A stretch of DNA of 64,000 bases from assembly GCF_001194135.2 (NCBI RefSeq), contig NC_068983.1:31676721-31740720 (forward strand), read 5' to 3'. The number at the start of each line of letters is the position of its first letter. Positions within the stretch are counted from its first letter, which is position 1. The notes under the pieces are model-generated. The model was not told where the DNA came from. It searched no databases and saw only the letters and a program-made list of their open reading frames with translations. Shown here one piece after another: positions 25,336 to 40,900 of the stretch. Source of the DNA: Octopus bimaculoides (Eukaryota). Made by a program: the position numbers and the translations under genes.

Positions 25336-26650
25336 CTACAAAGGAAAGGGAATAAGTAATCAAAATAAAATGCTTTTCTACAATCAGAAAACTACATAAA
25401 GTTAGAGTTGTGCAACACTTGAATTCATCTTCCCTTTATAGTGCATAGTCTTGGTATAGAATGAACTTTGCAAGGCGAACTCTAAGTTCTCAATAAACAG
25501 GTAAAGCTAAATGAAAGCCCAATGTAAGATTTGTCATCTTTGTATAATTTACATTTAACCTTGTTGAGTGAAAAACAATTTTTAGCTTTAAATAAATGAT
25601 AGTTAGTTCTCAAAAGAGTAAGTCTGCAAGCTAAGTAGAATGTTTTATACTCTCATACCACATGATCCAAATAATGATTTCTAACATTAGAATAAGGCCA
25701 AGAATTTTAAGGGATAGGATAAATCAATTAAGTTTACTTCAATGCTTGAGTGGTAATAATTTATCAACCCAAACAGGGACATAACTAAAAAGATAAGGAA
25801 TTTACTCCTGCACTATTTCTGCAGACAATGATGCAGTATAGAGACTGAAAGAGAAAACAGCAAAAGTCCAAACATTATTCAGCAGATGTAAGGAGAGGAA
25901 TCAAAAAGTATACAAGTAATATTGTTGCTATAATTGTCTAAGCTCCAGATCAGCCAGATTGAGCAGGCCCATGATCAAATGTACTGCAACCATAGTTATT
26001 CCATTATTTTGTATAGCACAGGCATTATACTATCCAATGACTCATTCTTTAGGCTCCCTTGTCTGCTCATATAATAGGTTGCTGCTTTTGTTGAGATATG
26101 GTCATCTTAATTAAGCAGACCTAATGATATGTGAATGACTAAAGAGGTAGATAAAGAGTGGAGGTACAAACATCAACATTATATCCCTTCTACCTCTTCT
26201 TGTCAGTACTTTCCCCCTATTAACTTACTGTAACCATTACAGAGCTGTAAAATGGTTAACAATAGAAAATACCTACAACTGAGGGAGGCTAAACAAGACA
26301 TGGCTGGGGTAAAGCAAAAAAGTGAAAACTAGAATTAGAGTAATAAACACTTGGAGAAATTTAGTTAAGTCCATGAAATGATTGAAAATACTGAGGAACA
26401 TTGTGTACACAAGAAAGGAAAACAGAAAAAACATAACAAATGAAAGAAATAATCTGCTAAAAATAACATTCAAATCTCACTCAAATTACATTCATTCTAT
26501 CTTAAATAAAGTAGACATTGTACAATGTAATCCTTGACTATAAAGATGGGATGGTCACAACTGGAATACATTTGATTATTAGATTGCTTGATCAGAGTTG
26601 ACAAATGGTTAAACAACAAGAAGCAAACAATAGTAGTAGTGTTACCATCA

Positions 26651-26773
<123 letters not shown>

Positions 26774-26859
26774 TTAAGCATACGTATGATAAATTATTAA
26801 CAAGACATAAATAAATTAATGGTTATTTAACATGGAAATATTGTACTGATACATTTTTG

Positions 26860-27800
26860 TACAGGGACTTGCAGATAAATTGAAACCAATTTTAAGCAGT
26901 TGACTTTGTGGATTTAACATTTCATTTTTTGACAAAACCTTGCTTGCTTGAAAATCTAATCTTCCTCTTATTTTTCACATAAATAGCGAATGATTCAACA
27001 ACAGAAAGTTATGGAACAACAGAATTGTTCCATCATTGTTGCTTTGGTGTACACAGAGCACACTGCCCACAAAATTGTTAAGCTGACAGAACTTCCAAAA
27101 GGAACAGTTTATTTGTGTGTATAAACAATTTAAGGAAAAGAGAAAGATTGATAGAAAAGAACACATGACTCGAAGTGATTCCAAAAGCAATCCAAAAGCA
27201 ATCCAAATTTTCTTGCTTCTCGCTAGCCGCAAATGCTTGAGTGAAGTCAACCCATCCACATCCATGACAACTCTTGCAAAAAAATGCAATGTGTCCCTTT
27301 CCACAGTGTCCAGAACTGCAAACAGGAACCTTGGCATGACTAGCTATGTTCAGCGATGTTGTCACCTCCTAATAGCCAAGGCCAAAGCAATCAGAGCCAA
27401 GAGATGCCTAAAGCTTCTGTCATTCATCAATCATCAAGGTGCCAAAAAAACTCATGTTTGTGGACAAGAAGTTCACAGTGGACACTGAGGTGAATCGCAA
27501 AAATTCTCAAGTGATTGTCATGGGTCAAAAGCAACACAGGCCTTCCTTGGTGAGAAGGTGTCATTTTTTGTGAGGTTCAGTAATAGCCCAGATCTCAACT
27601 TTTTCAATTACTTCTTATGGGGCATATTTCAAGTAAGGACCAATGCTTTCAACAGTTTGAAGACCTGCATTGTGTGTGTGACACACAAAATAAAAAAGGC
27701 GGAAGTTGAGGTTGTTGCAAAAAAAATTTTGTCCTCATGTGGAGGCAGTAATTTTCCAAAAGGGCAGCCATATTGAGTAATAAATGTTTTTGTTGTAATA
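26860..27800 (+). mobile_element. Decayed Tc1/mariner-superfamily element, maT/DD37D-like
   Basis: LAKKCNVSLSTVSRTANRNLGMTSY..HLL..AIRAKRCLKLL HTH/linker and SNSPDLNFFNYFLWG motif; TIRs not resolved. Confidence 0.7.
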
Positions 27801-30589
27801 AATGTTACATTCAAACTATATCTGTCTACTACTAAGTTCAGTCTTTTATAAAAATCAGCGAGGGCTGCTTACTTCTCACTTCCAAGCTTCCATTATAATA
27901 TATTAACAGGTAGTAGCTTATTGATAATACTTCATAACTGCATACAAAATGGGTACCATAATATTCACCAGATGCAAAAACAAAACCTGTGGAGAGTAAT
28001 CTCTCACACCACTGTCTATTGAGTGGCACTACTCTAATTGAGTAATGACCATTTGATTTAAATGCCTCAAACAGTTTATGGTAGGAGGCTCAAGACATTA
28101 CTAGTTTTTATGAATATTTTACTGCAATATATTTCCATTGGACTAAACAAAATTTTGAACTGGAGATATATGTTTGAAAATATTTGCCTGTGTCTAATTA
28201 ATGTAACAGTGTATTTAAGAAAAGGTAAAGGAGGAAAAAGTTAAAATGAAGTATGACATATTAAGGTGAAAGTAAAAACTATTAAGGTTAAAGAAACCTC
28301 ACTTAGATAGCAAAGGAATTACAATTGATTTTATAGTAGAGGTGTTAAAGGCAAACAATTATATGAGTGCATAAGTGTTCTTGGTAAATAGATGTGTGTT
28401 AACCCACAAAGTTATATGGTTATGTATTTTTGCAGCAGATATATCTTATTTTCTTTTTATATATTTTCTAAACAGACATTATCTTCAAACATATATTGAG
28501 TTATGTCCCTTATAATCTGACCCAGTCCTGCTTGACTGGAAGTAACTATCACCATTTCAAATCATTTCCATAAACAGTACTGTAAACTATTTTCTTCAGG
28601 ATTTTTCCCCGTCTAGTGAGCCTGTTGTATAATATAAAGTTGCATGTACAAATTATAACCTGTAAAGCACTATATCTTAATAAATATTTAGCTCTATTAT
28701 ATGTATACTGAGTACTGTGGTATCAACAATCTATATATATAGTAGATTTACTCATTATCTAACTACCTTGTTTATTAACCAGACAACAACTAGACCACAG
28801 AACCACAGTTGAGTGCAGAGTGCAAACACTGCAGTGGAAAGATCAACAACTTAACAAAAAGCACAGGTGACCTTTTTTCTGCAGCAAGTTATTACATTCA
28901 GAAATGCAAGTTAGGGAATTTAAAACACGAGGTGAACTTAATTATACATCACATAACATATGACATAATTCATTTTCTGTATTAGATAAATTTGCAATGA
29001 AAATTTGTTTTTTGTTAAGAACAAAAGTTAATGAAAACACATGATCAGGAACTGAACAATTGTAATTTTGAATTTTCTATCTACAGCATAGCTGAGTCAC
29101 TTGTTCTCTCATTCATACATATGCACCTGATAAACTCTGTCATAGACAGAATATGCTGGGATTATTTTGACAAGATTAACAAGTAGTCTGACTAATACAT
29201 GGCTGAGTGGTTATTAATAGGAAGAGCATTCAGTCATAAAATTATTCGTTCCAATTGATATAAATAACAATCCCTCTCATAAGTAGTATGGGAAAAAAGC
29301 ATAACTAACTAGACATTAAGAATCACAAACCATCAAATAAACAGCTAAACTAATTCACTTCCTGCACACAAAATAATAATTATATAACTGACTTATTAAT
29401 GGTTAATTATCTAAAGTACACGAGTTCTGATCCAAGTATTCCTTCTTTCATTCATAACATTACTGATATGAATCTGCTGAAACTCAAATAGCTTGAGTTC
29501 AAATTCATATCACATCTTCCTCTGCTTATTTTACATTACATTTAATGAATACTAGCATCATTGTTTATAGGTTTTCAATGAATGCATCACTGTTTTACAA
29601 CAATTACAATTGGAGGAGTAGGATAACAAGACAGTGTCTGTACAACTCAGTTATAACCAATACCCGAAGTTATTTTTTTCAAAATCTTCACTTTATGTGT
29701 TTTCTCAACATTGTGTACATCTTTTACATTGATGAAAGTTACACACACACACCACCATCATCATCATCATCATGATGTTATATCTGTATTCCATACTAGC
29801 AAGGTTGCATGGATTGTCAGTCTGGAGCGCTACAGCTTGCTTATATATCCCATTTTTAACATAACTTCTACTGTTGAATACCCTTCCTAACACCAACCAC
29901 TTTACAACTGTACTGGGTGCATTTTATCACAGAGCCAACACTACAGAGACTGTCAGTCCTCAGACATACTAGAGTCCTCTCAACTCTACATTGTCACCAC
30001 TCTTCACTAACTACTTGAGAGTGTACACTGAGTGCATTTTATCATAGCACCAGTACTAGAGTGGTTTCTTTGTGCCCTGTAAGACTAAAGAGTCTTCACT
30101 ACTCAGTATGTTTATTCATTTAAGGTAGCATAACCAAGCAGGCGAATTAGAGAGTAACATAAAATCAGGTGAGTGGATGAAAGAAGTGAGAATATTGCAG
30201 GAGAAATAATGATTAGAGTAAGAGGATGCTAGAGGAGGAAGAAATGGAAGAGAGTGACAGTAGCTATAGATTGCAGATTGCAACTATGTAATGTCAAAAC
30301 AAGGAAACACAAATACCCTGCCCCACATTATGTTGATTCATTCAGATTATCTCTATTTCTTTGTCTTTGATCTGTAATTGATTGCATAGTAGAGAGCTTC
30401 AATAAACAAGTTCTTTAAAATGGAGGTGTTCAAGTCCTTGATACCTAGTTACAAAAATTTGCAATTGAATTTGTCTTGAATGGACTAGAGATAATTTTGT
30501 CCATTTACTGTTTACTAATCGTTCTTATATCTACGTTGAGCTCATAAGAAATGACAGGTTTACTAATACCAACAATTGTTGATCCTTAA

Positions 30590-30900
30590 ACAGTCACCTG
30601 AGTGTGAGTAGTTTCATTAGTACCACCTGACTGGCTCCTGTGCAGGTGGTACGTAAAAAACACCTTCTGAGTGTGGCCGCTGCCAGTACCGCCTGACTGG
30701 CCTCCATGCCGGTGGCACATAAAAGCACCCACTACACTCTCGGAGTGGTTGGCGTTAGGAAGGGCATCCAGCTGTAGAAACTCTGCCAAATCAGATTGGA
30801 GCCTGGTGTAGCCATCTGGTTCACCAGTCCTCAGTCAAATCGTCCAACCCATGCTAGCATGGAAAGCGGATGTTAAACGATGATGATGATGATGATGACA
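30590..30900 (+). mobile_element. RTE-type tail repeat, well preserved
   Basis: gggcatccagctgtagaaactctgcc...gcatggaaagcggatgttaaacg(atg)n. Confidence 0.8.
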
Positions 30901-31896
30901 CACACTCAACAAGCTGCTGTACAATTTCTGCCAACCATATTCTATTTAGAAGTCTCAGGTCAACCAGAGGTTGTGACTGGAGACACTTTACCAAGGTGAC
31001 TGAATCCACAAAATTTTTACAAAGCAAACTTTTCAACAATTTTAGCAGAAATCCTAATTCTCCACTAACCTAGATGTTAGAAATAGCAATTAGACCTTGT
31101 GGAAATGTTTCCCAAGATAGAATGATGTCCTATCAAGGGGGTACTTTTTGTCATATGCTTAAATGATATGCCCAATATTAAAGTTAAGCACTAGCTATCA
31201 ATAACTCCTCAGAGTTTTAGGAAAACTTTTTCCCTTCAGATTCACATTTCTTCTATGCTTTCATGAATGGGAAGATTTTAAGTAAACAATTTACTGCTGA
31301 ATACACATTCCACAATTAACCCACTCAGAAAATTGAAAGTGTTAACCTGCAGGTCTGAATGAATCAACATGATGAATCTTGCATAGGATATAGGATTTAA
31401 TACAATGGCTTTAGTAAAACTGCAAATTATGACTACGTTATCAGCTTAGTGTAGCAGCTTAACATCACACTCATTGTACCATATATGTTTATTTTTATAT
31501 ACAACATTGGCTGTTGCAGGAGTCTCACCTTCCTACTTGTCGATCCATTGTCTGCTTCCCATATTACATTAAGTCTGTTGTCTAATTTTTAGTATGATGT
31601 CCAACAAGTCTCTTATTGTAGGTGAATAAGTATCCATGTGCAATAGAAAACGTATGTGGTCCATTTGTAGTTTGATATGTAACAAATATCACACAAGTGT
31701 GTGATAGAACAGTAAATGATTTACCAAAGACTTGATAACAGTGATATATAAAAAAGAGAATTATGTTTACTACATACTAATAATAGTATGTAGTACAGAT
31801 GACTTCTTCTGAGTGCTGTATGCTTAGAAGTCATCTACTGTCAACAACATAAATATATAATCAAGACAAAACTTACAACTTAAACAAATGGCATCA

Positions 31897-32076
<180 letters not shown>

Positions 32077-32299
32077 TTATTTGTAACATCTAAGGTTTAA
32101 CAATTTACTTAAGTAAAGCAACACCACATAGAGGTTTGGCATATTTAAAGAATAAGAATTGTGACATTGCCTTGTTCCTTAAGTATAAATTAATATAAAA
32201 TGCTCTATTTCTTTTTTTTTTACATTTCATTTTCTATGCTGACTTCAGGTAGAATGGTTATCCATACTACATAATGCAGTAAATAAGGTTTATATGTGA

Positions 32300-33450
32300 G
32301 AGTTATACTGAATGTAAAGTAAAAGTAGTCATCAGTGGCATAGGTCGTTCTAATTGCACAAGTTTGTAGAATAACACTCCTTCTTGTTCTTCACTGTAGG
32401 CAAATAATGGGTTCCAAACAAAAACAACATACCACCACAAAGTTCCTGACAAACAAGGTGTGCAGGTTTTCTGATATCCACAGAAGGTTACACACCATTT
32501 ACAAAGATGCCATCAATGACAAGGGCAATGTGCCTAGATTGATGAAGCTTAAAGACGAGGAAAACCAGAATTGAAGACAAATTGTGTAGTGAGAAACTAT
32601 TGACTGCAAGCAATGACATGAATCACCAGTAAATTGATTCATACAGACAAATGAGTACCAATATATGAGCTTGCTGCACAACTGGACTGTGGTCACAACA
32701 CATTACAGAAAACACTGGAAGACATTGGGTATCGGAAAGTGTGTACAAAGTAGGATAACTCAGCAACTTCGAAGATTTGAAAGGGAGAATGCTGGAGTTT
32801 GCTGTGATGTGCTGGGAGCATTTGAAGTCAATGAAAACACTTTTTTTTTTTATCTCTAGTGACAGGAGATAAAACACGGGTATATTTTTATGATCCGGAA
32901 AAAAAGACTTGATCCATGGACTGGCATCATACTTCTTCTCCATGGCCTAAAGTTCAAAAGCTAATGATTGGCACAGAAAGTCATGAGGACCGTTTTGGGA
33001 GGGGACAAGGGCATAGTTATCTTAATTTTCTGGAATGTAGCTGTACTGTGAACTGTAAATAGTACATTGGGACACTCAAAAAGCTTAGAGAATCCATTAG
33101 AGGAGAAGATGGAACCATGACAATGTGTGGCCACACACATCTTTGGCACCAAATCAGCCAATCCACAAACTGGGCCAGTCAGCAGTCCACCATTCACTGC
33201 ACAGTTGGGATCCAGTGCCCACTGACTTCTACTAGTTTGGTTTAATGAAGGACAGTCTTCAGGAACAATGATTTAATGACAGAGAAGAGGTGAAAGTGGT
33301 TGTAAAAAAAATGGGTACAACAGCACACAACTTAATTTTTTCAAAGATTTGAGAATTGGGGGGGCATGGTGCAAATGCATTGCTTGTGATGGTGAATTAT
33401 TCAACCAACATGTAATTTGAACAGCTTATGTCAGTTAATAAAAGTTATAC
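32300..33450 (+). mobile_element. Heavily decayed mariner transposase remnant
   Basis: Degenerate WVPRQL (ggataactcagcaactt), YDPExK..W and KVM.TVFWD (cagaaagtcatgaggaccgttttggg) motifs; boundaries approximate. Confidence 0.6.
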
Positions 33451-35154
33451 CAACTTTTGCATTAGCTTCAGAGAAAGAGAGATGTAAAGGAAATAGAAAA
33501 CAAGCATGAGAGTATACAGAGAGAGAAATGAAGTGAGAGAAAAAGGAGCAGAAATGAATGTAAGGGACAGCATAGCATGAAGAATTATTAATAACACAAA
33601 ACTTCCAAGTTTTGTTTTCTCAGAAGACATTCCTGTCCGGATATGATAGGCATTGGTAGTATTTCAGTTACAACCTTTTGCTCCTCAATTAAATACTGTC
33701 AAACTGAGAAACCAATAAATGAAATTATATGAAGTTGCACAGCCTTCTCAAGAATCAAATCTCCCTCAAAAACTAACTTTAATAGAAGAACTAAAAATCT
33801 CAAGGCATAATGTCCCACTATAAAGACAGAGAATGATCACTGATAGAATACTAAACTTATGGGAAAAGGTCAGCATAAAACGATATGCTAGATATCTAAA
33901 GACTATGTTGGGTGGGAGTATTAGATATTTGACCCAATATATCCATTATAAAGGATGTCTAAACAACAGCAAGACATTCCACTAAAAGTCCTAAAAAACT
34001 ATATTAGCTAGGCTGAAACTCACTTTATTATATGTATATACAGGAACCAATTGCTAATTTCTCAAAACAAGTTTCTAACTAATGATGTAGAAGCTGAAAA
34101 CCAGAACATTCTCATGTCCAAACTTGATAATACTGGTTTAAACAGCAAAACTGCTGGTCATTCTTCAAAATTTAAATAAATATGGTCAGATAAGACCAAC
34201 AAGACACTACAAAAGCCAGCATATTAGCTTGTAATTAAACCAAATATATTTCATTAATTTGCTTGAGCTGTATTCTTAGTGTACTAGAAATTTCAAAGTT
34301 GAAGTGCAGCCAAATATCTAATGAAGTAGGAATTGTCAAATCACATGTTAAAATTCAATCTGACCAATACTTTATGACTGAATTTGGTAGATGGAAACTA
34401 TCAAAAAGCCTTTAGTGAGTACATGTGTTCGTGTGTATGTGCACATGCACACACACACACACACACATGTACATCTGTTGCCAGATGACGTGGTGAGAAA
34501 GGATCTCCGGATGCTGGACGTCAGTGAGGAAATGAAAAGGGACTGGGAGATGACGTGATTTGTTGTATTTGAAAAGATGCGCCAAGGTAAGTAAAATCAG
34601 TCTTCCATACATACAGGCTTGTGGTGCCAGTGCTACATAAAAAGCACCCATGCCAGTGCTACATGCTTGCACACTCTGTTAAGTGGTTGGGATTAGAAAG
34701 GACCAATGATGATGATGATGATGATAACATACATTGCTGAGACGTCCTCTCAGTCAATGCTGCAGAGGCTACATATTTGAAACTTCAAACCAAGAGTTGA
34801 TGATGTGCAGTAGGAAAATGATAGCAGGAGGAGTTTAAACTAGGTCAGAGCCTTTTTATCATTATCAATATTATTTATTATCATAAATCAAATTACTGAA
34901 ATCTTAGAAGTTTCTCCAGCCACAACCCTATACCCAGGACTTAGTTGCAAACTAGTTCTTTGTAGGGCACAAATCAAGTCATTTGGATAAACAAGCTGAA
35001 ATCCTTCACTGGACCTTTGCAAATTTATTACCTCAATATTTGCAACTTAAGATAATACCCATCAGTTCACAATAGTGTTATCATTAGAAAAGACATCCAG
35101 CTGTAAAACCCAAATGTCTCAATAAGAGTTTTACACCTCTAAAAAAACTTCCTA

Positions 35155-35460
<306 letters not shown>

Positions 35461-35924
35461 TCATAACAGATAGCCCAGGATTAGGTCATGTGAAAAGATG
35501 CAATATTTATTGCGAGCTTATCCAGCATATAATAGCATGATAGAATGAACACAAAATTGATGATGGCAATGGAAGTGATGATAATGATTAAAGATGGTAA
35601 ATATCCCAACTAAAATAATGGCAATGTTGATAGAGATGACAATGATAGTAACAGAGATGCCAACAATTATGAGTGGTGATGATAACACAACCAAAATAAC
35701 AAGGACAAAAACAATGATGACATATGACAATGATATACTTGTGTGCGTGTGTGTGCATCCACATGTATGCCTAAGTGTAATAACTTGTGCTACTACATCA
35801 TTACATGCATGTGTGCACACGCACACATGCATATATATGACTTACACACCCTCAGTCACTTTAGTGACGATAGTACTTGTGCCATTTGGTGTGTGCGTGT
35901 GTACATATATATATATATATATAT

Positions 35925-37041
35925 CATCATCATCATCATCATCGTTTAATACCCGCTTTCCATGCTAGCATGGGTTGGACGATTTGACTGAGGACGGGCA
36001 AGCCAGAAGGCTGCACCAGGCTCGAATCTGATCTGGCGGAGTTTCTACAGCTGGATGCCCTTCCAAACGGCAACCACTCCGAGAGTGTAGTGGGTGCTTT
36101 TACGTGCCACCAGCACAAGGGCCAGTCACACAGTACTGGCAACGGCCACGCTTAAAAGGTGTTCCTTTACGTGCCACCTGCATGGGAGCCAGTCCAGCGG
36201 CACTGGCAACGACCTCGCTCGAATGATTTCCTAACGTGCCACCAGCACAAGTGCTAGAAGGCAACGTTGGTAACGATTACGCTCTAATGGGGCTATTTAC
36301 AGGCCACTAGCACGGAAGCCAGACAGCTGCTCTGGCAATGAACACGCTCGACAGTGCTGTTAGTGCTCCACTGGCACGGTGACCAGTCATCGAGTATGGT
36401 TCAATTTCGATTTCACTTGCCTTGCCAGGTCTTCTCACGTACTGCATATTTCCAAAGGTCCCGGTCACTGGTCATTGCCTTGGCGAGGCCTAAGGTTCGA
36501 AGGTCGTGCTTCACCACCTCATCCCAGGTCTTCCTGGGTCTACCTCTTCCACAGGTTCCCTCAACTGCTAGGGTGTGGCACTTTTTCACACAGCTATCCT
36601 CATCCATTCTCACCACATTACCATACCAGTGCAATTGTCTCTCTTGCATACCACAACTGATGCATCTTATGTCTAACTTTTCCCTCGAGGCACTTACATT
36701 GTCGAGTATGCACACTTACATTACACATCCATCAAAGCATACTGGTTTCGTTTCTTGCAAGCTTACGCATGTCCTCAGCAGTCACGGCCCATGTTTCACT
36801 GCCATGTAGCATGGCTGTTCGTACACATGCGTCATACAGTCTGCCTTTTTCTCTGAGTGAGAGGCCCTTTGTCACCAGCAGAGGTAAGAGCTTTGTAAAC
36901 TTTGCCCAGGCTATTCTTATTCTAGCAGCTACACTTTCAGTGCACCCTCCCCCGTGACAAACTGGGTCACCTAGGTAGGGAAGCTATCAACTACTTCTAG
37001 TTTTTCACCCTAGAGTGTGGTAAAGGTTGTTTTCTGCACAC

Positions 37042-37045
<4 letters not shown>
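35925..37045 (-). mobile_element. 5'-truncated RTE-clade LINE (RT C-terminus plus 3' UTR)
   Basis: YLGD..ESVAARIRIAWAKFTKLLPLL..KGRLYDACVRTAMLHGSETWAV.. then LHWYGNVVRMDED..GRGRPRKTW; (GAT)n tail; (AT)n on both sides. Confidence 0.88.
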
Positions 37046-37072
<27 letters not shown>

Positions 37073-37132
37073 TATATATATATGATGGGGTCTTCATTTT
37101 ATGATTTAAAAAAAGAAAAACAAGATAACTTA

Positions 37133-37255
<123 letters not shown>

Positions 37256-37880
37256 CTATAAAGAAAATGCAATGAACAATGGTTATTCAATGTATTCACA
37301 GTTGAAATTGGATCTAACCAGGCATTCTCAAATTTGTAAATACAACTCCAATTTGCTAACGTGTTAAAAACACAAACAGGAAGCACCCACAAACTCAAAA
37401 CATCATGAACAAGGTTACCTACATTCTAGATGTGTGACCTCTACATCAGAAAATAAATTAGAAACAAATACATTATTTCTAATTAATTAGAAAAACCACA
37501 TAAAACATGTAAATTTGAAACACAAAAAATTCTGTAATGTCTGATTAAAGATGAATAATTTTTCTTCCTGATTGTAATTAATATTAAGTTTCAACGAAGT
37601 CAGACAGAAAATCATTTGTTGGTTTGGTTCATCAACATGGCTCTCATTTCACATAAACTTTCTACCATAAAACAAAGGGGATTTCGTTTTCAGTATAACG
37701 TCTTTGACTAATAGGTCAGCAACTGAATAACATACAGCTAACTCCTACATTCTGCACACTTCTTGCTACAGTTAACTTAGAGACTCAATTTGGCAGCTGA
37801 ATACAAAGGAGGACAAAATTACAGTGGCAGTATCAGCAGTTCATAGTAAATAATAAATACAAATTAATTCTACTTTATTA

Positions 37881-38126
<246 letters not shown>

Positions 38127-39226
38127 TTACAATTTAAAAGATTTTAACTTAAAATCCAGTGAATAGAAAATATTTCCAGCATAAATTTGTAACCAATGTA
38201 AGAAATCAATATTATTACTATTAATGCAGAAACATCCATTAGAAACAAGTATTAGACCATCAACTTCAAATCCTGCTAAAGTTGATAAAACAAAGTACAA
38301 AGCATTGTACGTATAGCGTAGCCCTCTTGCCTTCTCAGTTGGAAATATGTATTATAGAGTAAGAACATTTTGCTGGTTTAAGTGGTAGCAATTTTGTAAA
38401 ACTTACAAATGTTTCATTATCTTGCACTGCTGAGGTCAACTCTTCCTGTGGACTACACCTTGAAGAAGTAAGAGCTGTCAAAATGACTTTGCTAGAGTTA
38501 CACTACATGAAGACCAAAGCTTACAATCATTGAAAGAAGAGTAAGAAGTGGGGTTGAAAAGAAACCACTAATTTAGATTCAGGTAAATAATGTACATTTT
38601 TTTTTTTAAGATCCAAGAGGTCAGTCAATGTTCAAGTCTTATTTCTTTAGCACTAATCAGATGAGAGAAAGAGGCTGAGTCAATCAATAGATTTAATTTA
38701 GAAAATCATCCAAAAAAGTTTCCATATTGTCACTTGACTTGCTAGAAGCAGTAGCAAAATTCTCATACATCTACTCAGTCAGGGCTGATCTTGAACTAAA
38801 CAACAGCTAAGTCAGAACAGCCTGATACCTACTCCTTTTGGTAACTAACAGATGTAAAGAAAACTGAGATAGAAAATAAAACAGAAGACAAATTTTAAAT
38901 GATATGAAAAGTCAATTGCAAATAATTAAAAGATAATAGATATCATAGGACAAGCAGCATATTTTATTTTTCATTCTTTTGAAAATTCTGTATTTAATCC
39001 AATGATTAGCTAAAAAAAATTTATAGAACAAAGGACAGATGATATAAGAAAGCTGTGTTAGCCTTGTATTATTATTATTGCAGAACAGTAACAAAGTTGC
39101 GAAAATGACAAATTGAATGTTCACCATTCCATAAAAAAGGTAATTATTTCTAATTCCCATGCTGTGTAATAAATCAATATACTCTATGAATTTCATCATT
39201 TCAATTAGCATAATATGACAACATAC

Positions 39227-39332
39227 CTTTGCAATACTGCAATAGTATCAGCACCTCATATACTTTATTAGGAGTGACAGTTATACTGGAGTCAACATAC
39301 TTAATAATATTTTTGTGTCCACTGAGAGTTTT
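39227..39332 (-). CDS. AAK1: NAK kinase exon: KTLSGHKNIIKYVDSSITVTPNKVYEVLILLQYCK(G)
   Basis: Acceptor ttttctatttgtag, donor gtatgt, 106 bp; not in the ORF track. Confidence 0.95.
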
Positions 39333-39789
39333 CTACAAATAGAAAACATAAAAAGATTAAAATTAAATCATTTTTTTAAAGTGAAGTTTAACAGATTTTA
39401 GAATAACTCCGATTAGATTATAAGTATGTTGTTAGGTTATAAGTCAATAGGTTATTATGATCCAAAATGTAAGATTATAGCAACATATATTAGTTTAAGC
39501 TAACTAGTATAGTTAGGCTATGTAGTCAGCATGTTCTTAGATTAGATTCCATATATTGTTATACAATTGCCCAAATGCTAGATTATAGCCCTTCACAATA
39601 TTTACCAAGTGTGGCATATGCATTTATCCATTTCAGCAGCCTCATTGCTTTTGTTGTGAGGACCATCGGAGATGAAAAACTACCTTACCTGGGAAACATG
39701 TAAGGGTTGGTAACAAGGAGAATATCAAATTATAGAAAATTGTGCTTCAACATATTTCAACTAATCATGTATGTATCTCTGTCTAGGTA

Positions 39790-40295
39790 ACTGCTTCTGC
39801 CCTCATTCCTGTTAACTCTTGCTCTCTTTCTCTTCTATTCTCTCTCTCTGGCTGGGTAACCATGAACCTCCTCTACAGCAAGACATCTATTTCTGCCTCT
39901 CTGTCACATTCTAATCTATCATTTGACACAAGATCACCTCCTCCAATGCCCCCTTCCATCTCAAAGACTCTTTGTCTTAGAAAGTCACTTGGTGTCCACA
40001 CCAATGCAGGTACCACTTAAAAAGCACCCAGTCCACACTGTAAAGTGGTTGTCATTTGGAAGGGCATACAGTTGTAAAAACCATGCCAAAACTGACCTCA
40101 CCTGTGCAAGTGCCATGTAAAAAACACTCAGCCCACTCTATGAGTTGGTTGGTGTCAGGAAGGGCATCCAGCCGTAAAAACCATGCCAAAAAACACTCAG
40201 AAGCATGGCGCAGGCTCCCACCCGGCCAGCTCCTGTCAAACCGTTCAGCCCATGCCAGCATGGAAGGAGGACATTAAATGAGGATGATGATGTAT
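39790..40295 (+). mobile_element. RTE-tail-type repeat
   Basis: Similar to 10480-10910; ends gcatggaaggaggacattaaatgaggatgatg. Confidence 0.65.
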
Positions 40296-40514
40296 GCATG
40301 CAAAAACATGCAAAAATGATTATGATAATGATATATGTAACATATTAATTACATTTTTTCTACTATTATCAATAACTGGATGCCTTTCATAATGCCAACT
40401 GTCATATTGGATTCATTTCAGTTTAGCTTTGTCTTTCCAAACTTAAAGCCATCTCCATTATTGCAGGTTTTCCAACCCACTCACCTCATCTAACCCTTAA
40501 TATATTACTCTGTT

Positions 40515-40900
40515 ACTCTTTTATTCTTTTACTTGTTTCAGTCATTTGACTGCAGCCATGCTGGAGCACCACCTTTAGTCGAGCAAATCGACCCCAGGAC
40601 TTATTCTTTGTAAGCCTAGTATTTATTCTATTGGTCTCTTTTGCCGAACCGTTAAGTTACGGGGACGTAAACACACCAACATTGGTTGTCAACATTGCTT
40701 GAAAACCAATGTTGGAGGGACAAACACAAACACACACATACATATAGACGGGCTTCTTTCAGTTTCTGTCTACCAAATCCACTCACAAGGCTTTGGTCGG
40801 CCCGAGGCTATAGTAGAAGACATTTGCCCGAGGTGCCACGCAGTGGGACTGAACCCGGAACCATGTGGTTGGTAAGGAAGCTACTTTACCACACAACCAC
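40515..40900 (-). mobile_element. tRNA-derived SINE, well preserved
   Basis: Minus-strand head GTGTGGTAAAGTAGCTTCCTTACCAACCACATGGTTCCGGGTTCAGTCCC (B-box GGTTCAGTCC); related fragments near 340, 11390, 22970, 24850, 41070 and 41450. Confidence 0.8.
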
